A stretch of DNA of 51,403 nt, taken from NCBI RefSeq assembly GCF_000002075.1, contig NW_004797397.1:868071-919473 (forward strand). The letters are read 5' to 3'. This document shows positions 1-8,312 of the stretch, in pieces (position 1 is the stretch's first letter; each line of letters starts with the position of its first letter). The position numbers were made by a program, and so were the translations under genes. Below the pieces are notes generated by a model, which worked only from the letters and a program-made list of their open reading frames with translations, searched no databases and was not told where the DNA came from. This DNA is from Aplysia californica (lineage: Eukaryota).

Positions 1-167
1 GGCTTCAACTTGGTTGGAACTGTTGAGCGGGCGACGCAACGTTAGGGCCTCTCCCTATATAGTTACTCCAAGGGTTTAATGCACCTATCGACACTTTTAC
101 CAGGGATCTCAGAGTATAACGTCCATTATAAAAATCAGAAAGGACCGATCCAAGTGGGGAAACTCAA

Positions 168-237
168 GTAAAGTGCCTTACCCAAGGACACAACGTCGGA
201 TTGAGCTGAGACTCGAACCCCCCGAACCAGCAGTCTC
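168..237 (-). mobile_element. tRNA-derived SINE fragment with CORE-like domain
   Basis: The minus strand reads a B-box-like GGTTCGAGTCTC followed by GTTGTGTCCTTGGGTAAGGCACTTT, a motif typical of CORE/V-type SINEs. A related copy lies at ~43385-43440. The element may extend toward position 1. Confidence 0.6.
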
Positions 238-314
238 ATTTCTGTTGGTCAGAAGTATTGAAAACTTGGACTATTAAATCAGATTCTGTCTCTCCGATTG
301 TTGTTCGCTGTTCT

Positions 315-385
315 TGTGACATCGGGAATCAAACCCGGGTCCCCTGTATAGGACGGGGAAATGCCAACCGCTACACCACTGACGT
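315..385 (-). pseudogene. Degenerate tRNA-like sequence (tRNA-Gly-like pseudogene or SINE head)
   Basis: The minus strand reads ACGTCAGTGGTGTAGCGGTTGGCAT...CAGGGGACCCGGGTTTGATTCCCGA. A-box and B-box are recognisable and the layout resembles tRNA-Gly, but the anticodon and acceptor arms do not pair properly. Confidence 0.55.
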
Positions 386-969
386 CGGCTGTGTGCGTCT
401 GTGACGTAAACAATTAATACAAAGGAAGACAATCGGAGTCGGTACTTTTGAAGTGAGATATTGATTGTTCGGGATATTGGATTAAAATAGATTAAATATA
501 ACAGTCAACAGGTCATTCATTGTGATTTATTACTCATTATTGTGACTTTACGTACACGGTTTAATAATTTTAACGGTTGTAATTTTTTTAAGTTAATAAA
601 AAAAAGGAATTTTTAAAAGTTGAGAAAAGTATCAAGAAACTCAAGGGAACCAGGCTGACTACAAACATTCGAAAATAAAAATGCCAGGAAGAAGTGTGGA
701 AATACAAGTTGTCATTCCCTTTTTCTGACACGAGGTTCTTACTCTATTTGTATTCCATGTCACCATTACTTTAAACTATCATTATTGTTACTTTTTACAT
801 AAACACAAACATCTACAGGCAACTAAAAGCTTCCAGGGTTTGTGCTAAAGAAAGCATAGTACTGGGGACTTATAGCTTACATGTGTAATAATAAGTATTT
901 GATAACAACGGTTTGAAAACAATACTTCTTCTTTTACTGTGCCTCACTGCAAACGACAGCCGTGAGATA

Positions 970-1340
970 CTGAGGATGGCTGGTCAATGTTTGTCGGTCT
1001 TCTTTTGAGAAATCTGCTCTTTGATGTCTGCTGGTGACTGTTCGATGACCTCCCTTTGATTTCTGCTGGTGACTGTTCTATTACCGCCCTTTGATTTCTG
1101 CTGGTGACTGTTCTATGACATCCTTTTGATTTCTGCTGGTGACTGTTCTATGACCTCCCCTTGATTTCTGCTGGTCACTGCTTAGTGACTGCCCTTGATG
1201 TCTGGTGGTCTCTCCTGGGTGACTGCCCTTTGCTGTCTAGTGGTCAATGTTGGATAACCGCCCTTTGATGCCTACTGGTCATAGCGGGGGAGTCTGTGAT
1301 GTAGACAATGGAGGCCGTGTCTAAGCAAGGGCCGACCATC
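970..1340 (+). repeat. Distal module of 35-bp tandem repeats (diverged variant), upstream of kinase copy 1
   Basis: About 8 units resembling CCCTTTGATTTCTGCTGGTGACTGTTCTATGACCT. It has the same leader (GGCTGGTCA..TGTCGGTCTTCTTT) and trailer (TGTGATGTAGACAATGG..AAGCAAGGGCCGAC) as the other modules. Confidence 0.85.
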
Positions 1341-1724
1341 GTTGATGCTGTTTGTTTGTTTTCTTAATACATCCACGAAAAAACACATCACTGATTGTTG
1401 TAAAATGAACTACATTAAAATAAAATTATGTTATTGTCTATCAATTCACACGGTAACTGGTTCCTTAAACCATATGCTTTCCGTATTAACACACAACAGT
1501 TTCTATAACCACCATTTCAAGGAAAAATAATCAAAAACAACGAAAAAAGTACAGAAAAGACAGCGATACTTAACTTTGCGACAAATAAAGTACAAAGAGG
1601 CTGCAGATATATTGCTTGTTTAAACTTTGTCAAGTTTGTCAAAAGAGTTTTTTGTGCAATAAATCGTATGCAAGAAAACATAACAAGAGTTTCTTTAACT
1701 CTGTTGCACTTTGTACATCATCTG

Positions 1725-2112
1725 TGAGCTTGTGAGAGTGGTTGGTCAGTGTGTGTCGGCCTACTTTGGGGAAACTGCCCTTTTGATCTCTGCTTGTCAT
1801 TGTTGGGTGACAACCCTTTGATGTCTGATGGTCATTCTTGAGTAACTACCCTTTGATGTCTACGGGTCGGTTTTGGGTGACCCCCTTTGATGTTTGATGT
1901 TCCATGTTGGGTGACCGCCCTTTCATGTCTGAAGGTCATTGTAGAGTTACCGCCCTTTGAATTCTGATGGTCCTTGTTGGGTGACCGCCCTTTGATGTCT
2001 GATGGTCATTGTTGGGTGACCGCCCTTTGATGTCCGATGGTCAATGCAGCCGGCGTCTGTGATGTGAACAATGGAAGCTATGTCAAAGCAAGGACCGACA
2101 ATCGGTGTCGGT
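1725..2112 (+). promoter_or_regulatory. Promoter-proximal 35-bp tandem array (TCF/helper/Sox motif-containing), copy 1
   Basis: Unit GTTGGGTGACCGCCCTTTGATGTCTGATGGTCATT. CCTTTGA(T/A) cores at ~1815, 1850, 1884, 1954, 1989 and 2024, with a variant CCTTTCAT at 1919. It ends ~45 bp before the TATA box. The repeat is seen directly; the regulatory role is inference. Confidence 0.65.
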
Positions 2113-2158
2113 GATTTTGAAGACAAATACCCCTCTTTAGGGGGACGCTTGACTCCAC

Positions 2159-2193
2159 TATAAAAGTGAAGGGGTCTGGACATTCCTTCAGTT
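2159..2193 (+). promoter_or_regulatory. Pol II core promoter: TATA box plus initiator, copy 1
   Basis: TATAAAAG at 2159-2166 and TCAGTT at 2188-2193 put the TATA T at -31 relative to the Inr A (2190), the canonical spacing. The same arrangement occurs with TATA at 6645, 13609, 20521, 27313 and 34224. Confidence 0.8.
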
Positions 2194-2278
2194 CAGCATA
2201 TCGCTCTCGCAGTGACAGGTTGGATACGTCTTGTATTTTCCTCTACAGAATTTCTCGACAACTCGGCAGATATCTAGC

Positions 2279-3826
2279 ATGGCTACTCTCACGTTTCCCG
2301 ATGTCACCGTCATTCGTGATGGAGACTTTCTGAACAATTTCAACTTGAAGTTTGTGCGTGTCCTTGCCAAGAAGAAGAATTCGCTAGTTTTGGAAGCTTC
2401 CATGAAGAACGACGACTCCATTCGTAAGGCAATCAAGAAGATCCCTTACCTGGACAGTAAAGGACGACATCGAGGTCTCGAGGACAGCACCGAGGAGTTG
2501 ACCATCATGCACAACGTTCAGCACCCGCACCTCATGAAGATGGACTGGGTGGTCACGTGTGACAGCTTCCTGGCTATCTATATGCCCCTGTGTTCTCAGG
2601 GATCTTTGGATGGATTGCGTCAGTCGCTCCAATGGGACCAAGTGGAACGGGTTTTCGTACAAACCGCCTGTGCCCTGAGATATCTCCACGACCAGCGCTG
2701 TGTACACGGGGACGTGAAGCCAGGCAACATCTTCCTAGACGCCTCCGGCAACGCCATCCTCGGAGACTTTGGTTGTTCTCAGATCTTACCTGATGGAGAA
2801 AACACCGTGAGTCGCTGGAGAGGAACTCTGGGATACCATGGACCTGAGTTTTTCCTTGGTTACAAATTCGACCCTTTTCTGGTAAGTTTTTCTTCTTTAT
2901 TTTTTACGTTTCAGCCTTGATTTGTTGTGGTCATTACACAGGTTAGACGTGCGTTTTTAGCACACAGAAAGGTATCTGCTGTTTGTGTTTATTCTGCCAA
3001 AGAAATATTATTACTTTTATGTCTACGCTTTCACCCTTTTGTCTAATTCATCGGTATTAGGGTGTCATCACTTTTATTACACAATCTATCTATATTATTT
3101 GTAGCATGATATCGTTATCAATTGCTTCAATTTTTATGATGTTTGATATTAATGTAACGTGATTCCGATGTCTAATGTTCCGGTCATTTGTTTTCTTTTT
3201 TTTCAGATGGACGCATACGCACTGGGAGCCACGCTGTGGTCTTTGGTTTTCAGACTCAAACCAGCAGACCTGGATCTACTGGACGTTGTGAGGAATTTTT
3301 CTCTGCCCGAAATGTTCAGGTAAGACAGCTATAATACTGTCATGGTTTACTGAATTGTATTATATATTAGAACGCAGTAGAATGGTTTCCACCATAGACG
3401 TTTTCGTTGTATGCTTTGATGTGAAAGTATAAATTGTATTGAAACGTTGATGAAGTTCTGTGTGGATACGGGGCTTAAATAAACTAAAACATTTTTATAT
3501 CTTTGACAGCATTTTTTTCATATAACTGAAGACTTTTATGCTTCAATTATTATACATTACTAATACCATCTTGCATCGCTTGGTATCCAGTTATATATCA
3601 TGTTATGTGTCATCTTTGAAGCATTTTAAACGCATGTTATCATTTCTTTTTACTAATATTTAATTTGCTAAAACTTTTCTAACCTCAATCTGTGTTTGTT
3701 TTCCTCCACAGAGAAGTTCTGAAAGGACTTTTGCGCGGAGATCCTCAGAAGCGACTGTCTGTTCCCGGCCTCTTGGAGTTCTTGTCTACTCGTGAGAAGC
3801 TCAGGGGAATTATGGAGGGTTTGTGA
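2279..3826 (+). CDS. Divergent Ser/Thr protein kinase, copy 1 (276 aa; exons 2279-2881, 3207-3319, 3712-3826)
   Basis: Exon 1 has KAIKK, alphaC EE, HGDVKPGN, DFG and GTLGYHGPE. GT-AG splicing adds MDAYALGATLW (subdomain IX) and LLRGDPQKRLS (subdomain XI). Splice phases 0 and 2 are consistent; 831 nt including TGA. Confidence 0.92.
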
Positions 3827-3870
3827 GAAACACGGACCTTTGGTAGTCGCAACCTTTTTTCTTTCTATTA

Positions 3871-4723
3871 ACTAATTTGATACTAATTTTTCTTTCCTAC
3901 TAACAGTAATAGCACAACCCAACACCGAGCTCTTTTAAATCTCGCTGACTTAATTTTAATTACAGTTTTGGTACCATTAAAAGCAATAACATATTTTTTT
4001 AAAAGATTAACCCGAACACTAACGAATTAAAAAAAAACCCTTTTTAATTGACACTAGGTATAAAGTAACCAATATTAAGTAAATGTACTCCACAAACTAA
4101 AAAACACTAAATTAAATACACTTCAAAAACTGAAAGGAAAAGAACACTGAGTAATCAAAACTAACTGTAACATATTAACTGATCAAGAATAATTATACAA
4201 CACTAACTGGATAACGCTAAGAAAGACCAGCTAGCCAATGCTAAAACACTAGCTAAGCATCATTACACCTTATCTAACAAACTCAAGTTGTAAATTAAAT
4301 ATTACTAGATTTAAATTTAAGGAAAAACAGACTAAAAAGTTATTCAGAAAAGAGCTTAAGTAATGAATACTAACTTTAACTTAACAATATTAACTAATCA
4401 GCAATAACTATAAAACCATAACTGAATAACGCTAACTATGAAATACCAGCTGGCCAATTCTAAAACACTAGCTAACCATCATTACACCTCATTTAACAAA
4501 CTCAAGTTGTAAAACATTAGCTGTCTCCATCAACCACTGACAAACCTGCGCCCACTACTAACTTATCAATGCCAACAATTAAAGAACACATATTAACCGC
4601 TGATAAACCAAAATCAACCTCTAACTACCCACCATTAACCATTTTAACAACCATTTTAATTACTAACTTACCAACACTAACCACTAACTAACCAACCCTA
4701 ACAACTAATTAACTAACACTAAC
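3871..4723 (+). repeat. A/C-rich low-complexity block with many ACTAAY motifs (presumptive 3' UTR), copy 1
   Basis: 16 ACTAAC/ACTAAT by hand count, plus an internal diverged duplication (~4171-4295 vs ~4386-4515). First downstream AATAAA at 4887, more at 5055 and 5071. Equivalent blocks at 8357-9208, 15317-16169, 22233-23083 and 29020-29873. Confidence 0.8.
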
Positions 4724-5869
4724 TCCCCCAGACGTGAGCGCTCGGTAGCGCCGTCTTTTTAATCAGGCCTCAGTGTACTGTGTACTCTGTGACGGTCCCA
4801 AGCCCGTGAAAACTGAGAGGGAAAAGACGAGTTCTGTGATGAAGAGAACTGTAGCAATGTGGACAAATTAAAAATGCGCCTATGAAAATAAACATTGTTC
4901 CCCCTTTGCCCTCTGCGAAATATAACCCTAAATACTGAGCATACAAGTGCTTCAACTCTTTTTTGACATACTACTCTCCTTTTTCAATTTCCAGTTTTAC
5001 AAATTTGCCCTCATTTTCTTGATCTTTTCAGCTCATTGTTACTTTTATAACAACAATAAATAATTTTAAAAATAAAGAAGACATGCCTTCTAAACAAAAG
5101 TAAAGAGACTACGATAAACAACATTGAGCTGTTTCAGCTTGGGCTGGAGGGTTTACAACAGGTCTTTCGATTTCTTTGTTTGATTCAAAATGTAGCAACC
5201 TTATTCGTGTGTCATATCGCTGAGCATTACCAGAATGTTCTTAGAGTAAATCTAGTATTCTCTGCCGACACAGCCAGTATGTATGTGTGTCTGTATGTGT
5301 GTTTGTTTGTTTGTTTGCTGTATATCCAGAATCCAGACCATTTTGGACACAACTGAAATCGCGCCGGGGAAAAACAGAGTCATTTTCAGTAACTCCACAG
5401 ATAAAATGTCTTGTAAAAGGCGTTACTCACTACAAGATCAGAAGCCCTCACCTCTGCGAACTCTTCCCTTTGCCCTCCTCCCCTCCCCTCCCATTTCATC
5501 AAACCCCTACATTCCCCAAAGGGCACCTTTCCACCCATTCCCCTCCACCCACACTTCTTCTATATGCTTCTACATTCCATTCTCTTCGAATACGTTTTGT
5601 TTACTGAGACTTTTAAAAAAACCTTTAAAAAACCCACCAAAAGAACCAACAACCAAGAGCAACAAAAACGAACACACAAACATAAACAAACGTGATCAGT
5701 CTCCCCATACCCCGTGACCTGAGAAAGAGAAGAAAACAAGGAAGAAATTCCCCAGTAGTCCGTCAGGAAAACCGAACAATGACCAATCCCAACACTCTCA
5801 GTTCAGTCGCCTGTCTCCCCTCGACACCTCTCATTTCCCCACCCCGCACCCCTCCACCCTCTCCCCCCT

Positions 5870-5969
5870 NNNNNNNNNNNNNNNNNNNNNNNNNNNNNNN
5901 NNNNNNNNNNNNNNNNNNNNNNNNNNNNNNNNNNNNNNNNNNNNNNNNNNNNNNNNNNNNNNNNNNNNN
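5870..5969. other. Assembly gap (100 N)
   Basis: Run of N. Confidence 1.
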
Positions 5970-6174
5970 AGGAAAAATAATCAAAAACAACGAAAAAAGT
6001 ACAGAAAAGACAGCGATACTTAACTTTGCGACAAATAAAGTACAAAGAGGCTGCAGATATATTGCTTGTTTAAACTTTGTCAAGTTTGTCAAAAGAGTTT
6101 TTTGTGCAATAAATCGTATGCAAGAAAACATAACAAGAGTTTCTTTAACTCTGTTGCACTTTGTACATCATCTG

Positions 6175-6598
6175 TGAGCTTGTGAGAGTGGTTGGTCAGT
6201 GTGTGTCGGCCTACTTTGGGGAAACTGCCCTTTTGATCTCTGCTTGTCATTGTTGGGTGACAACCCTTTGATGTCTGATGGTCATTCTTGAGTAACTACC
6301 CTTTGATGTCTACGGGTCGGTTTTGGGTGACCCTCTTTGATGTTTGATGTTCCATGTTGGGTGACCGCCCTTTCATGTCTGAAGGTCATTGTAGAGTTAC
6401 CGCCCTTTGAATTCTGATGGTCCTTGTTGGGTGACCGCCCTTTGGGGGGGGAGGGGGCATTGTTGGGTGACCGCCCTTTGATGTCTGATGGTCATTGTTG
6501 GGTGACCGCCCTTTGATGTCCGATGGTCAATGCAGCCGGCGTCTGTGATGTGAACAATGGAAGCTATGTCAAAGCAAGGACCGACAATCGGTGTCGGT
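6175..6598 (+). promoter_or_regulatory. Promoter-proximal 35-bp tandem array, copy 2
   Basis: As in copy 1, with one extra unit partly replaced by a G-run. TATA at 6645. Confidence 0.6.
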
Positions 6599-6764
6599 GA
6601 TTTTGAAGACAAATACCCCTCTTTAGGGGGACGCTTGACTCCACTATAAAAGTGAAGGGGTCTGGACATTCCTTCAGTTCAGCATATCGCTCTCGCAGTG
6701 ACAGGTTGGATACGTCTTGTATTTTCCTCTACAGAATTTCTCGACAACTCGGCAGATATCTAGC

Positions 6765-8312
6765 ATGGCTACTCTCACGTTTCCCGATGTCACCGTCATT
6801 CGTGATGGAGACTTTCTGAACAATTTCAACTTGAAGTTTGTGCGTGTCCTTGCCAAGAAGAAGAATTCGCTAGTTTTGGAAGCTTCCATGAAGAACGACG
6901 ACTCCATTCGTAAGGCAATCAAGAAGATCCCTTACCTGGACAGTAAAGGACGACATCGAGGTCTCGAGGACAGCACCGAGGAGTTGACCATCATGCACAA
7001 CGTTCAGCACCCGCACCTCATGAAGATGGACTGGGTGGTCACGTGTGACAGCTTCCTGGCTATCTATATGCCCCTGTGTTCTCAGGGATCTTTGGATGGA
7101 TTGCGTCAGTCGCTCCAATGGGACCAAGTGGAACGGGTTTTCGTACAAACCGCCTGTGCCCTGAGATATCTCCACGACCAGCGCTGTGTACACGGGGACG
7201 TGAAGCCAGACAACATCTTCCTAGACGCCTCCGGCAACGCCATCCTCGGAGACTTTGGTTGTTCTCAGATCTTACCTGATGGAGAAAACACCGTGAGTCG
7301 CTGGAGAGGAACTCTGGGATACCATGGACCTGAGTTTTTCCTTGGTTACAAATTCGACCCTTTTCTGGTAAGTTTTTCTTCTTTATTTTTTACGTTTCAG
7401 CCTTGATTTGTTGTGGTCATTACACAGGTTAGACGTGCGTTTTTAGCACACAGAAAGGTATCTGCTGTTTGTGTTTATTCTGCCAAAGAAATATTATTAC
7501 TTTTATGTCTACGCTTTCACCCTTTTGTCTAATTCATCGGTATTAGGGTGTCATCACTTTTATTACACAATCTATCTATATTATTTGTAGCATGATATCG
7601 TTATCAATTGCTTCAATTTTTATGATGTTTGATATTAATGTAACGTGATTCCGATGTCTAATGTTCCGGTCATTTGTTTTCTTTTTTTTCAGATGGACGC
7701 ATACGCACTGGGAGCCACGCTGTGGTCTCTGGTTTTCAGACTCAAACCAGCAGACCTGGATCTACTGGACGTTGTGAGGAATTTTTCTCTGCCCGAAATG
7801 TTCAGGTAAGACAGCTATAATACTGTCATGGTTTACTGAATTGTATTATATATTAGAACGCAGTAGAATGGTTTCCACCATAGACGTTTTCGTTGTATGC
7901 TTTGATGTGAAAGTATAAATTGTATTGAAACGTTGATGAAGTTCTGTGTGGATACGGGGCTTAAATAAACTAAAACATTTTTATATCTTTGACAGCATTT
8001 TTTTCATATAACTGAAGACTTTTATGTTTCAATTATTATACATTACTAATACCATCTTGCATCGCTTGGTATCCAGTTATATATCATGTTATGTGTCATC
8101 TTTGAAGCATTTTAAACGCATGTTATCATTTCTTTTTACTAATATTTAATTTGTTAAAACTTTTCTAACCTCAATCTGTATTTGTTTTCCTCCACAGAGA
8201 AGTTCTGAAAGGACTTTTGCGCGGAGATCCTCAGAAGCGACTGTCTGTTCCCGGCCTCTTGGAGTTCTTGTCTACTCGTGAGAAGCTCAGGGGAATTATG
8301 GAGGGTTTGTGA
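6765..8312 (+). CDS. Divergent Ser/Thr protein kinase, copy 2 (exons 6765-7367, 7693-7805, 8198-8312)
   Basis: Same exon structure as copy 1. Catalytic loop HGDVKPDN; frame intact. Confidence 0.92.

Noticed and set aside
315-385. Functional tRNA gene
   Set aside because: The acceptor and anticodon stems do not pair and the T-loop is mutated (TTTGA).
1725-2112. 35-bp repeats as a CRISPR array
   Set aside because: The units are contiguous with no unique spacers, there are no cas genes, and the context is an intron-containing eukaryotic locus.
1947-2793. Overlapping 78, 82, 107 and 67-aa ORFs repeated in each unit
   Set aside because: They are antisense or off-frame shadows of the kinase exon and the repeats. 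Recurrence only reflects the duplication.
2231-2920. 229-aa ORF taken literally as the whole protein
   Set aside because: It starts at a TTG in the 5' UTR/acceptor region and runs into intron 1. The real ATG is 2279 and the C-lobe needs two more exons.
4620-4730. Interstitial telomeric repeat
   Set aside because: There is no run of perfect TAACCC or TAACC units; the motifs are mostly ACTAAC and irregular.
4730-4760. Rho-independent terminator
   Set aside because: This is eukaryotic DNA. The hairpin is reported as a finding instead.
5283-6177. 144, 106 and 161-aa ORFs in the spacer as a second gene
   Set aside because: They are low-complexity (GT, C-rich, A-rich) translations with no recognisable domain, and some are broken in other copies or span N gaps.
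6443-6458. G-run inside a 35-bp unit of copy 2 as a G-quadruplex insert
   Set aside because: It is seen in one copy only, near a contig end, and keeps the unit length roughly unchanged. It is probably a base-calling artefact.
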